Source of the DNA: Blastocatellia bacterium
GTDB taxonomy: Bacteria > Acidobacteriota > Blastocatellia > RBC074
Direction of reading: 5' to 3'
Assembly: GCA_039922135.1 (NCBI GenBank)
Contig: JBDSAM010000100.1
Coordinates: forward strand, 1 to 33,215
DNA: 33,215 bases
In this document: piece by piece, positions 15,301 to 24,451 of the stretch
How the letters are laid out: the number at the start of each line of letters is the position of its first letter
How positions within the stretch are numbered: the stretch's first letter is position 1
Translations under genes and position numbers: made by a program
The notes under the pieces: generated by a model
Databases searched by the model: none
What the model saw: only the letters and a program-made list of their open reading frames with translations
What the model was told of the DNA's origin: nothing

Positions 15301-17340
15301 ATGGCTAAGGAAAATACGATTTCGATTTGGGATCCCAAAATAATATCGCGCGCGGCAGTGGATTCGTTGCGCAAGCTGAATCCCGTGGCAATGATGAAGA
15401 ACCCCGTGATGTTCGTCGTCGAAGTGGGCAGCGTGATTACAACGCTTCTGCTCATCCGCGACATCGCCAAGGGCGCATCCGGCACTGGATTTGATTTGCA
15501 GATTACACTCTGGCTTTGGTTCACGGTGCTCTTTGCCAACTTCGCCGAGGCGATGGCCGAAGGACGCGGCAAGGCGCAGGCGGACAACCTGCGCAAGGCG
15601 CGAACCGAAACAACCGCCACCAAGCTGATGCCAAACGGACAAGTTCAAATCGTCCCCGCGCCGCAGTTGCGCAAAGATGACATCGTCGTCGTTTCAGCGG
15701 GCGAATTCATCCCCGGCGACGGCGAAATCGTTGAGGGCGTGGCATCAGTGGACGAATCGGCAATCACAGGCGAGTCGGCACCAGTGATACGTGAAGCAGG
15801 CGGCGACCGTTCGGCAGTAACCGGCGGCACGCGCGTGCTTTCGGATCGGATCAAAATTCGTATCACGTCAAACCCCGGCGAAACCTTCCTTGACCGGATG
15901 ATCGCGCTGGTCGAAGGGGCCAGCCGACAAAAGACGCCGAACGAGATTGCGCTGAACATCCTGCTCGCGGGGCTGACGATCATCTTCCTGCTCGCAGTCG
16001 TCACCTTGCAGCCGTTCGCGATCTATTCAAATGCGCCGCAGACGATCTTCGTGCTGGTGTCGTTGCTGGTGTGTCTGATCCCAACGACGATTGGCGGCCT
16101 GCTTTCGGCCATCGGTATCGCGGGAATGGATCGGCTGATCCAACACAACGTGCTGGCGATGTCGGGGCGGGCGGTTGAAGCGGCGGGCGACGTGAATACG
16201 CTGCTGCTGGACAAGACCGGGACAATCACGCTGGGCAACCGGCAGGCGACGGAGTTCATTACGCTGCCCGGTGTGAATGAAACCGAGTTGGCTGACGCCG
16301 CGCAGCTTTCGTCGCTGGCAGACGAGACACCGGAAGGTCGTTCGATCATTGTGCTGGCGAAAGAGAAGTACAAACTACGCGGGCGCGAGCTTCAGTCGCA
16401 CGAGGCGCACTTCATCCCCTTCACCGCGCAAACGCGGATGTCGGGCGTGGATTACAACGGACGCCAGATTCGCAAAGGAGCGGTTGACGCGATTGAAAGG
16501 TATGTCGCCTCCAACGGTTCGCAGTCACCGCGCGAATTGCGCGAGATAGTTGACGGAATTTCCAGGGCTGGCGGTACGCCGCTGGTGGTCGCCGACAACC
16601 TGCGTGCGCTCGGCGTCATTTACCTGAAAGACATCATCAAGGGTGGGATGAAGGAACGCTTCGACCAACTGCGCGCGATGGGCATCAAGACGGTGATGAT
16701 CACGGGCGACAACCCGCTGACCGCCGCGACTATTGCGCGCGAGGCGGGCGTGGACGATTTTCTGGCCGAAGCAACGCCCGAAGACAAAATGGCCCTGATC
16801 AAACGCGAGCAGGCCGAAGGCAAGCTGGTGGCCATGACCGGCGACGGCACGAACGATGCGCCGGCGCTTGCCCAAGCCGATGTCGGCGTGGCGATGAACA
16901 CCGGCACGCAGGCAGCCAAAGAAGCCGGCAACATGGTTGATCTTGACTCGAACCCGACCAAACTGATCGAGGTGGTTGAGATCGGCAAGCAATTGCTGAT
17001 GACGCGCGGCGCGCTGACGACGTTCTCGATTGCGAACGACGTGGCGAAATATTTCGCGATCATTCCGGCGATGTTCTCCGTTGCGTTCCCCGTGCTGAAT
17101 GCACTCAACGTCATGCGTTTGGCGACGCCGCAATCGGCCATCCTGTCGGCGGTGATCTTCAACGCGCTGATCATCGTTGCGCTGATTCCGCTGGCGCTGA
17201 AAGGCGTCAAGTACCGCCCGATGAGCGCGGCGGCGTCGCTGCGGCGCAACCTGCTTATTTATGGATTGGGCGGGATCATCGCCCCTTTCGCCGGCATTAA
17301 GATCATTGACGTAATTATCGTGGCGCTCGGGTTGGCGTAA
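15301..17340 (+). CDS. kdpB: K+-transporting P-type ATPase catalytic subunit B
   Basis: P-type motifs [36 protein letters not shown]. The N-terminus [25 protein letters not shown] aligns with the E. coli KdpB start. The track ORF start at 15253 lies inside the hairpin and adds non-homologous residues. Confidence 0.97.
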   Translation: MAKENTISIWDPKIISRAAVDSLRKLNPVAMMKNPVMFVVEVGSVITTLLLIRDIAKGASGTGFDLQITLWLWFTVLFANFAEAMAEGRGKAQADNLRKARTETTATKLMPNGQVQIVPAPQLRKDDIVVVSAGEFIPGDGEIVEGVASVDESAITGESAPVIREAGGDRSAVTGGTRVLSDRIKIRITSNPGETFLDRMIALVEGASRQKTPNEIALNILLAGLTIIFLLAVVTLQPFAIYSNAPQTIFVLVSLLVCLIPTTIGGLLSAIGIAGMDRLIQHNVLAMSGRAVEAAGDVNTLLLDKTGTITLGNRQATEFITLPGVNETELADAAQLSSLADETPEGRSIIVLAKEKYKLRGRELQSHEAHFIPFTAQTRMSGVDYNGRQIRKGAVDAIERYVASNGSQSPRELREIVDGISRAGGTPLVVADNLRALGVIYLKDIIKGGMKERFDQLRAMGIKTVMITGDNPLTAATIAREAGVDDFLAEATPEDKMALIKREQAEGKLVAMTGDGTNDAPALAQADVGVAMNTGTQAAKEAGNMVDLDSNPTKLIEVVEIGKQLLMTRGALTTFSIANDVAKYFAIIPAMFSVAFPVLNALNVMRLATPQSAILSAVIFNALIIVALIPLALKGVKYRPMSAAASLRRNLLIYGLGGIIAPFAGIKIIDVIIVALGLA

Positions 17341-17371
17341 CGAATGGTTGATTTGAAATTGGAGATTTGAG

Positions 17372-17950
17372 ATGAAGAAAAATCTGATAACTGCGATTTT
17401 GATGACGGTCGTAACGACGATCTTGCTTGGGTTGGTTTATCCGCTGGTCGTCACCGGGCTTGCCCAGGTGCTTTTCAAAAACAAAGCCAACGGGCAATTG
17501 ATCGAGCGCAACGGCGTGGTTGTCGGCTCGAAATTGATCGGGCAGCCCTTTTCATCGCCCGGCTACTTCCGCTCGCGTCCTTCGGCGGCAGGCGCGGTTG
17601 GTTACGATGCTGGGGCGTCTTCGGGATCGAATCTTGGCCCGACCAGCAAGAAGCTGATTGACCGCGTAAAAAGCGATGTCGAAAAGTTGCAGGCCGAAAA
17701 TCCCAGCAAACCCGTGCCGGTTGATCTGGTGACGACTTCGGCGTCGGGCCTCGACCCGCACATCACGCCCGCGGCGGCTGAATTCCAAGTGCCGCGCGTC
17801 GCCCGCGAGCGCGGGATGAGTGAGGACGCGGTGCGCCAGATCGTCAATGCGCACACCCAGAGCCGGCAGTTCGGCTTCCTGGGCGAACCGGGCGTCAACG
17901 TATTGCTGCTGAATCTCAAGCTCGATGAGGTAAAACCTCTCAAGAGATAA
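17372..17950 (+). CDS. kdpC: K+-transporting ATPase subunit C
   Basis: Single N-terminal TM helix. Motifs GSNLGPTS and [13 protein letters not shown]. About 190 aa. Confidence 0.95.
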   Translation: MKKNLITAILMTVVTTILLGLVYPLVVTGLAQVLFKNKANGQLIERNGVVVGSKLIGQPFSSPGYFRSRPSAAGAVGYDAGASSGSNLGPTSKKLIDRVKSDVEKLQAENPSKPVPVDLVTTSASGLDPHITPAAAEFQVPRVARERGMSEDAVRQIVNAHTQSRQFGFLGEPGVNVLLLNLKLDEVKPLKR

Positions 17951-19146
17951 TGGCCGAAGATGATCTTGCGATGACCAACAACGGCGACAAGCGACCATCG
18001 GCAGAAGTAGTCCTCGCCAGGCTTAAAGAAGGCGAGCGGGCACGACTGCGTGTTTACATCGGCGCTGCGCCCGGCGTCGGCAAGACTTACCAGATGCTTG
18101 AAGAGGCGCACCTGCTCAAAAAGCAGGGCGTGGATGTCGCTATTGCCTTCGTTGAAACCCATGGGCGCGCGGAGACTGCAGCATTGATCGGCGATCTTGA
18201 AGTCGTGCCGCTGCGCCAGATTGAATATCGCGGCGTCACGCTCAAGGAGATGGACCTCGAAGCCGTCATCGCCCGCAAACCGGCCATCGCTATCGTTGAC
18301 GAACTGGCGCATACGAATGTGCCCGGATCGAAGAACCGCAAGCGCTACGAAGACGTGCTGGAACTGCTCGCCGCCGGCATCCCCGTCATCACCGCCGTCA
18401 ACGTCCAACACATCGAATCGCTCAATGACGTGGTTGAACGCATGACAGGAGTGAAAGTGCGTGAAACCGTTCCCAACAGCTTGCTGCAACGTGCTGACGA
18501 AGTGGTTAACGTTGACGTATCGGTTGACACGCTGCGGACGCGGTTGCGGCAGGGAAAGATTTACGGCGTCGAGAAGATCGAACAGTCGCTCAACAATTTC
18601 TTTCGCAAGGGAAATCTTTCGACCTTGCGCGAACTGATGCTGCGCCAGGTGGCAGAAGATCAGGCAACCAAATCCCACGATTACCGGGAACGCGAAGGGC
18701 TGGAACATTCGCTCATTCCTGAGCATGTCATGGTTTGCCTGACTTCACGCGGCAATGCGAAAAGGCTGCTAAGGATCGGTTCGCGCATTGCGGGGCGGCT
18801 GGCGTCGGACTGGTACGCGGTTTACGTCGAAACACCCCGCGAAGAGCCTGGGCGCATGGACCCAAAAGATTACGTGACATTGATGGATAACGTGCGGCTG
18901 GCGGAAGAACTGGGCGCGAAGTTTGTCAAGCTGAAGCGCGCGCGCGTAGCCGACGCCTTGATCGAATTTGCCCAGCGCGAAGGCGTCACGCATGTCATCT
19001 TCGGCCAATCGGCGCGTTCGCGTTGGGATATTTTGCTGCGCGGGTCGGTGCTTAACCGCTTCCTGAATGAGGCGCGCGACGCCACTGTGCATGTGGTACC
19101 GATGAGCGAACGGAGCGCGCACAGCGAGACTTCCCTTGAGGGTTGA
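17950..19146 (+). CDS. kdpD: KdpD N-terminal half: cytoplasmic KdpD_N (P-loop) + Usp-like domain, no TM or kinase domains
   Basis: Walker A GAAPGVGKTY. VDELAHTN, VNVQHIESLND, then a Usp-like region (VMVCLTSRGNAKRLLRIGSRIA...VIFGQS). The ATG overlaps the kdpC stop by 1 nt. Confidence 0.9.
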   Translation: MAEDDLAMTNNGDKRPSAEVVLARLKEGERARLRVYIGAAPGVGKTYQMLEEAHLLKKQGVDVAIAFVETHGRAETAALIGDLEVVPLRQIEYRGVTLKEMDLEAVIARKPAIAIVDELAHTNVPGSKNRKRYEDVLELLAAGIPVITAVNVQHIESLNDVVERMTGVKVRETVPNSLLQRADEVVNVDVSVDTLRTRLRQGKIYGVEKIEQSLNNFFRKGNLSTLRELMLRQVAEDQATKSHDYREREGLEHSLIPEHVMVCLTSRGNAKRLLRIGSRIAGRLASDWYAVYVETPREEPGRMDPKDYVTLMDNVRLAEELGAKFVKLKRARVADALIEFAQREGVTHVIFGQSARSRWDILLRGSVLNRFLNEARDATVHVVPMSERSAHSETSLEG

Positions 19147-19192
19147 TCGCTCTCCATCATCTGCAGAAGCAGTTTTTTGCTGAGGAATTGAT

Positions 19193-19559
19193 ATGGGGCT
19201 ACGCGCTAACTTGTTACTTGGGTATTTGGTCTTTATCGCGGCCCTCGTCGTGCTCGGAGGGTGGAGCGCCTGGCGCTTGCGCGAGATGGGAGGCGTGTCG
19301 CGGCTGATCCCGGCAAACAACTACGATTCGGTCGTCGCCGCGCAGAACATGAAGGAAAGCCTGGAGCGGCATCCCTGCTGAATATTTGCCGCGCATCTTC
19401 GACAAGTTCGTGCAAGTGCCTAACGCGCCCACGGGCGGCGCCGGACTGGGGCTGGCAATCTCGAAACAGATTATCGAAGCGCACGGCGGGCAGATCACTG
19501 TGCAGTCTGAATTGGGGCGCGGCGCCACCTTTACTTTTACCTTACCTGTGGCCGAATAA
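19193..19559 (+). pseudogene. Sensor histidine kinase remnant with a large internal out-of-frame deletion
   Basis: A good SD (GAGGA) and ATG open a kinase-type N-terminus with a TM helix ([29 protein letters not shown]). It stops at 19379-19381. In a different frame from about 19368, [63 protein letters not shown] forms the extreme C-terminus of an HATPase_c domain. HAMP, HisKA, N-box and G1 are absent. Confidence 0.6.
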
Positions 19560-19603
19560 ACGTCGGCGGCGGTTGTTAAGACAAAACGGGAGAACGCAAA
19601 AGT

Positions 19604-20086
19604 ATGAGTAAGCGCGTGCTGGTTATTGATGACGAAGCCCACCTGCGCCAAATGATGCGTCTCGCGCTGGAAATGGGTGGTTATGAAGTTGGCGAGGCGA
19701 AAGACGGCCTGCAAGGGATAGATGTGTTTGACGACGGGGCGACTTGGGACGCCGTGCTGCTTGATCAGAAAATGCCGGGCATAGAGGGGCTTGAGACGCT
19801 CCGCAGGATCAAAGAGCGCGACCAGACTGCGCGCGTGATCATGGTGACGGCCTTTGCCTCGATTGAACTCGCAATTGAGGCAATGAAGCTCGGAGCGACT
19901 GACTTCGTGCGCAAGCTTATGACGCCCGAAATCTTGCGCAACGCCGTAACTGCGGCTTTGGGGTCCCCAAGAGAGACTGCACACCCTCAGCCAGTCTCCG
20001 GGGCTGCCGGACAATCCGCCGAACGGGTGGAACCGCTGATCAAGGCGGAAAGCTCATGCTCAAAGGCATTGACCGTGACGATATAG
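19604..20086 (+). CDS. Stand-alone receiver-domain response regulator (NtrC-type receiver, no output domain)
   Basis: VLVIDDE, LLDQKMPGIEG, VIMVTAFASIELAIEAMKLGATDFVRK. A short non-conserved C-terminal tail follows. Confidence 0.85.
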   Translation: MSKRVLVIDDEAHLRQMMRLALEMGGYEVGEAKDGLQGIDVFDDGATWDAVLLDQKMPGIEGLETLRRIKERDQTARVIMVTAFASIELAIEAMKLGATDFVRKLMTPEILRNAVTAALGSPRETAHPQPVSGAAGQSAERVEPLIKAESSCSKALTVTI

Positions 20087-20146
20087 ATATGGCCGCGCGG
20101 TGGAAAACTAACAAGCAACGGCGATTCTTTTATTCTCTGAAAATGC

Positions 20147-20192
20147 AAACAGCGAAGCTTTTCAATGATTGAAGAGCTTCGCTGTTTTTGTT
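20147..20192. terminator. Bidirectional intrinsic terminator between the receiver gene (+) and the HU gene (-)
   Basis: AAACAGCGAAGC (20147-20158) / GCTTCGCTGTTT (20176-20187), flanked by T-runs on both strands. Confidence 0.6.
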
Positions 20193-20300
20193 TAGTTCCG
20201 AAGTAGAGCTACTTCTTCGGTGGCTTTGGTTACGCCCATCGTGATGTTGGCCTTGGGCGTGTTTTTGTTTAGTTCCCAAGTAGAGCTACTTCTTCGGCGG
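20185..20300. repeat. Two 39-nt direct repeats (2 mismatches), 77 bp apart; one copy includes the last codons and stop of the HU gene
   Basis: TTTTTGTTTAGTTCCGAAGTAGAGCTACTTCTTCGGTGG (20185-20223) versus TTTTTGTTTAGTTCCCAAGTAGAGCTACTTCTTCGGCGG (20262-20300). Coordinates are +/-1. Confidence 0.7.
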
Positions 20301-20585
20301 AACAATCGCATCTTTCGCGGCCTTTGCCACACGGAATTTGACGACCGTTTTAGCAGGAATCTTGATTGTTTCACCGGTCGCTGGATTGCGGCCTTTGCGC
20401 GCCTTGCGTGCGGCCTTGACCAATTTGCCAATGCCGGGAATCACGAAGGAGCCGGTTTTCTTGGTTTGTGCGAGCGCTACTGCCGCGATCTCATCAAGAA
20501 TCTCATTCGCGGCCTTCTTTGAAAGGGTGAACTTTTCAGCCAGATGTGTCGAGAACTGGCTCTTTGTCATTTGCTTTGCTGCCAT
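20286..20585 (-). CDS. HU/IHF-family nucleoid-associated DNA-binding protein
   Basis: 99 aa. MAAKQMTKSQF...GRNPATGETIKIPAKTVVKFRVAKAAKDAI is the classical HU arm motif. SD AAGGAG lies upstream of the ATG at 20585. The track ORF extends to a GTG at 20675, which is unlikely to be used. Confidence 0.9.
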   Translation of the reverse strand: MAAKQMTKSQFSTHLAEKFTLSKKAANEILDEIAAVALAQTKKTGSFVIPGIGKLVKAARKARKGRNPATGETIKIPAKTVVKFRVAKAAKDAIVPPKK

Positions 20586-21240
20586 AGGTTGTTTCTCCTT
20601 TGAATTTGCGTTATTTCCTGACTGTTCCGGCATTGCTTCAAGATCATTTGAAGCAAGTACCAAAGAACCAGCCACACATAACCGGCTACCAGACTGATAA
20701 GACTGATCCTGCCCAACGGCTCAATCGAAAAGAATCAAATATCGCTGATGTAATCCGAATAACGAATTCGCGAGCGCGATCATTTTTACGGAAGCGATTG
20801 CTCATCAGTCCTGCGCCAGCATCTGCGATAGATTAAGGTGCAAGATGTAATCACATTATCTTGTGCTAAAACGGGGCAGAGTATACCGTAGCTAGTAGAG
20901 GGGCGCAAGACAAAATCCGGCCAACAAGCGAAAAACCCCTGTTTTTTCAGGCTCAAGCGCGACCTACCATCTTTACAACCCTATCAATATTGAGGTTTCG
21001 GAGTCCGCAAGATGCCATTCCCTCTTTCTTTATGCCCGGAAGAGAGAAGATGGGTTGAAGATTCATAGCATTGCCAAATGGCGCGCGTTTGGTTAGATTC
21101 TGCGCGCTCGCGGCGGGTGTAGCGCCATCAGCAACAATCATCGCTGCGAATCAAACTTTCTCAACATCTGAGAAGCAATCATCAATCAAGCGTGGAATGC
21201 CGACGATTCCACGAACGGAAACTCACGGAGGGTTATAACC

Positions 21241-21423
21241 GTGCCATTAGCTGCCTGCCCTGTATGCGAAGCCGAAATCCACGTGGACGAAGATGTGGAT
21301 AAAGGCGAGACGGTCCATTGTGAAGAATGCGACGCCACGCTTGAAGTCGTGGGACTGGATCCGATTGAACTCGACGTGGCGCAGAAAAACGAAGAAGACG
21401 ATGACAAAGAAGAGGATTACTAA
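21241..21423 (+). CDS. LysW-like zinc-ribbon protein with acidic C-terminal tail
   Basis: CPVCEAEIHVDEDVDKGETVHCEECDATLEVVGLDPIELD closely parallels Thermus LysW (CPECGAEL...GELVVCEDCGAELEVVGLDPLRLE). The tail is EEDDDKEEDY. GTG start with SD GGAGGG. Confidence 0.75.
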   Translation: MPLAACPVCEAEIHVDEDVDKGETVHCEECDATLEVVGLDPIELDVAQKNEEDDDKEEDY

Positions 21424-21444
21424 CGAAAAGAAGGCGTATCGGGC

Positions 21445-22407
21445 TTACTTGTCGGGTGCCATATAACTTGTCCGGCTGACGCGCAACAGCACTCCTGAGC
21501 GAGAAGTTTTCACGCGCAGTTCATGTGATTTGCCGTCACGCCATTCAGGGTAATAGGCAAGCGCATAGCTGGCCCGAATCTCTTCTGCGAGAGCTTTGAA
21601 AATCGGCGTGAAGTCTTGCGCGCTGGCAGAGAAATCGCGCCCGCCAGTGGAAGCAACTACGCGTGTCGCATCAAGCGGGGTAATCACGCGCTCGCTGGAT
21701 TGCGTGGGCGAAAGGATGTAAGACGGCAGCGTCATGGAATAGACTGTCACGCCTGCTGTGTTTGCGCGCTGGATCAATTCCTGCCGGTCAATAATACTGG
21801 CCGAATCGAAACCATCGCTGATAACAATGACAACACGCCGCACAGAACGATTTTTGCGCGTGCGCGGGGCTTGACGATTGAGCATTGTAATCGCGCGATC
21901 TATCGCATCATAAATCCTGGTGGAGCCTTCGAAGTGATCCGCTTTTATCAGCGCCTTTTCCAGTCTGCGCGGGTCATCCGTGAAGCTTTGCAGAATTTTG
22001 ACATTGTAGTTAAAGGCAAGCGCCGCAAAAACCGAATCGCCGCTCATCAGTTCCGTGAACTTCATTGCCGCCTCGCGCAGCATAACCGCCTCTTCCGGTT
22101 TCATACTCCCTGACATATCAAGCGCAAAAACAACTGCCAGCGGGCGCGAAAGAGTTGATTGGTCGGTCATGGCAAAGAAGTCTAGTGTCTTCAGCTTCCC
22201 ATCTTCAAAAACTTGAAATTCATCCGAGCGCAAATCCCGCACATAGTTTCCGTTCTTGTCTGTGGCTGTGACATCAATGGTAACAAGGTCAGTGTCAATA
22301 CGCACGGTCAACGCCGGGCGAGGCTCAGGTTTTTCACTCTTCTGTGCCCAGGCAAGTCCGTTTAACGCCAACAGAAGTACAGGAATAAGCAGACGAAATT
22401 TGAACAT
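21445..22407 (-). CDS. Secreted VWA-domain protein (VWFA-related acidobacterial type)
   Basis: Signal peptide MFKFRLLIPVLLLALNGLAWA. N-terminal beta domain (VTIDVTATDKNGNYVRDLRSDEFQVFEDG). MIDAS motif DMSGS. It resembles the family I recall as TIGR03436. The track ORF extends to 22443. Confidence 0.85.
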   Translation of the reverse strand: MFKFRLLIPVLLLALNGLAWAQKSEKPEPRPALTVRIDTDLVTIDVTATDKNGNYVRDLRSDEFQVFEDGKLKTLDFFAMTDQSTLSRPLAVVFALDMSGSMKPEEAVMLREAAMKFTELMSGDSVFAALAFNYNVKILQSFTDDPRRLEKALIKADHFEGSTRIYDAIDRAITMLNRQAPRTRKNRSVRRVVIVISDGFDSASIIDRQELIQRANTAGVTVYSMTLPSYILSPTQSSERVITPLDATRVVASTGGRDFSASAQDFTPIFKALAEEIRASYALAYYPEWRDGKSHELRVKTSRSGVLLRVSRTSYMAPDK

Positions 22408-22490
22408 GGCCTTGTTATAATCCCGCCGCACTGCGCGGCGCAAATCCGCGATTACACGCGAATTACTTTATTTTTTCTTCAGGGGTTTTT

Positions 22491-23108
22491 ATGAAGCTGA
22501 AACTTGGATACGCACTCATTACAATGTTGGTTCTCTTGTTCTCAACTGCCACTGGCGGCTCCGCACAGACAGGAACTATCAAAGGCAAGGTCAAAGAAGA
22601 AGGCGGCAAGGCAATGGAAGGGGTTTTGGTGCAGGCGATCAACGTCAGGAACAAGGAAGACAAACAGCAAGTCAATAGCGATAGCAAAGGCGATTTTGAA
22701 TTCTCTGGTTTGCCTGCGGGAGACTATTCTTTCTCTTTTGAAAAACAGGGCTACAAAACCTTCCTTACGCGCAAGCTGGCGGTAATTGGCGGCGAAACAC
22801 TGCGACTGACAGCCGAACTGAAACGCGAAGGCGAACCTTTTTCGCTGATTCGCGGTGCGGTTTTAAATAGCGTTGGCTATTCAATGCCAAATGCCTCGGT
22901 CTCGCTTGAACGCATTGATGGAAGCAAGAAGTTCAAACAGGAAAAGGCGTCGGGCGAAGGCGGCCAATTTGTGTTTCGGCTGAAAGCTGAAAAAGCGAAG
23001 TATCGCATCACAGCCAATGCACGCGGCTTTCAATCCGCTTCGACTGAGATCGAGATTGAAAGCGACGAGGTGCGAAATATCGCCTTGACGTTACAGCCAG
23101 TGAAATGA
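22491..23108 (+). CDS. Secreted protein with two carboxypeptidase-regulatory-like (CarboxypepD_reg) domains
   Basis: Signal peptide, then two repeats of the pattern G.I.G.V...G..L.GV.V...D..G.F.F..L..G.Y. Confidence 0.7.
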   Translation: MKLKLGYALITMLVLLFSTATGGSAQTGTIKGKVKEEGGKAMEGVLVQAINVRNKEDKQQVNSDSKGDFEFSGLPAGDYSFSFEKQGYKTFLTRKLAVIGGETLRLTAELKREGEPFSLIRGAVLNSVGYSMPNASVSLERIDGSKKFKQEKASGEGGQFVFRLKAEKAKYRITANARGFQSASTEIEIESDEVRNIALTLQPVK

Positions 23109-23143
23109 CTCAGTTGTAACGTTCAAAAAACCGCCGTCATCTA

Positions 23144-23788
23144 TCATTTCAGCATTTTGAGAAACTCGGAAGCTCGCCCCGAGATGTCAGGCTTGGTAAA
23201 AAAGTCGCTGATGTCGGCGAAAGGATAGAGAGCTGAGACCACCGCTACGCTGCTGGCACCTGCGTCAACCACCACGGCAGCACGCTCAAGTGTTATCCCG
23301 CCTATCGCAACAATCGGGCGATCCGTCAACCTTCTTGCTTCTCGGACCAAATCCAAGCCAACGACCGGAGAAGGATTTTCTTTTGTTTTTGTGGGGAAGA
23401 CGGGGCCGACCGCGATGTAGTTGGCCGACGTTTCCATCGCGGCGCGGAACTGATCCAGCGAATGCGTAGAGATACCTATGATCTTCTCTTCGCCTAAAAT
23501 CTCACGCGCTTCTTCCACGGACAAATCCTCCTGCCCCAAATGCACGCCGTCCGCGTCCGCCGTTAGCGCCACATCAACGCGGTCGTTGATAATGAGTGTG
23601 GCGCCAGCCGCCCGCGTCAGCAGCAAACATTCCCGCGCGGCGTCCAACATCCCGCGCGCGCTTGAGTCTTTATCGCGCAATTGAATCCATCGCACACCTG
23701 CAGCCAGCAGCATTTGCACGATCTCTTCGTGTGTGCAGTTCGACAGTTGGCAATCGGTGATTGCGTATAGTTTCGGCAGTTCCAACAT
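23144..23788 (-). CDS. thiE: Thiamine-phosphate synthase
   Basis: LYAITD start region, IQLRDK, LIINDRVDVAL, GVHLGQEDL, IGISTH, YIAVGPVFPT.TK, VAIGGI. Confidence 0.93.
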   Translation of the reverse strand: MLELPKLYAITDCQLSNCTHEEIVQMLLAAGVRWIQLRDKDSSARGMLDAARECLLLTRAAGATLIINDRVDVALTADADGVHLGQEDLSVEEAREILGEEKIIGISTHSLDQFRAAMETSANYIAVGPVFPTKTKENPSPVVGLDLVREARRLTDRPIVAIGGITLERAAVVVDAGASSVAVVSALYPFADISDFFTKPDISGRASEFLKMLK

Positions 23789-24019
23789 GGTTCAGATTAT
23801 CCCCGATCAAAACGACGCTGCAAAGCCGTGGTGATTTTCGCGCGCAAACTATTGTCTGATGTGTATAATCCGCGCCGGCCGAAAGCTGAAAGCGCGATTG
23901 TCTCTGCGAGGCGTAAAGACCAAGCGGCTTTTTCCGTCACAATCGTCGCTACATTCAAGCGATTCCCCTTCGCGACAAGCTTTGGCTCACAACCTGAAGA
24001 TAATTTCAGAAGGAGGAAT

Positions 24020-24361
24020 ATGAAAATTCGATTTTTAGCTTCGCTGTTCTTACTCGGCTCTGGTCTGTTCCTGATGGGCTGCCCTAGTCAAACCACGATC
24101 AACAGGGTCAACGGCGATCCCACGCGCTTTCGCGGCAAGGAGATTCTGATCGTCGGAACAGTGACCAACAGTTTTGGCGCGCTTGGGCAGGGCGCTTACG
24201 AACTGGATGACGAAACTGGAAAGATTTGGGTCGTCACCCGGCGCGGCGTGCCCAGCAAAGGCGCGCGCGTTGGCGCGGTTGGCAGATATATTCAAGGCGT
24301 CAATTGGGGAGGCAGAAACTTCGGCAGCGCGCTGGAAGAAACAGATCGGAAGGTGCGCTGA
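24020..24361 (+). CDS. Small lipoprotein, hypothetical
   Basis: SD AGGAGG and an ATG at 24020. Lipobox LFLMGC. The track ORF starts earlier (23828), without support. Confidence 0.6.
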   Translation: MKIRFLASLFLLGSGLFLMGCPSQTTINRVNGDPTRFRGKEILIVGTVTNSFGALGQGAYELDDETGKIWVVTRRGVPSKGARVGAVGRYIQGVNWGGRNFGSALEETDRKVR

Positions 24362-24451
24362 GACTACTTGAAAAATCGAAACACAAAAGGCAGCGGGCAA
24401 GAAGTAAAACTTCATCCGCTGCCTTCTCTTTGGGTTCAAACTGATATTTAT

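Noticed and set aside
20185-20300. CRISPR-like repeat.
   Set aside because: There are only two copies. One overlaps a coding 3' end. No cas genes are nearby and there is no regular array.
20899-20947. Orphan intrinsic terminator in the HU / LysW-like gap.
   Set aside because: The stem is only 5 bp with a 32-nt loop, which is too weak to call as a feature. It is mentioned only within the gap finding.
21186-21407. Ser-rich 73-aa ORF antisense to the LysW-like gene.
   Set aside because: It mirrors the acidic (GAA/GAC-rich) codons of the LysW-like gene and has no RBS or motifs.
23789-24019. TPP riboswitch upstream of thiE (minus strand), and a perfect TATAAT at 23864-23869 on the plus strand.
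   Set aside because: There is no CTGAGA...ACCTGATCTGGATAATGCCAGCG-like core on the minus strand. The TATAAT has no acceptable -35 (GCGCAA at 17 nt), so it was not listed as a feature, though it may drive the lipoprotein gene.
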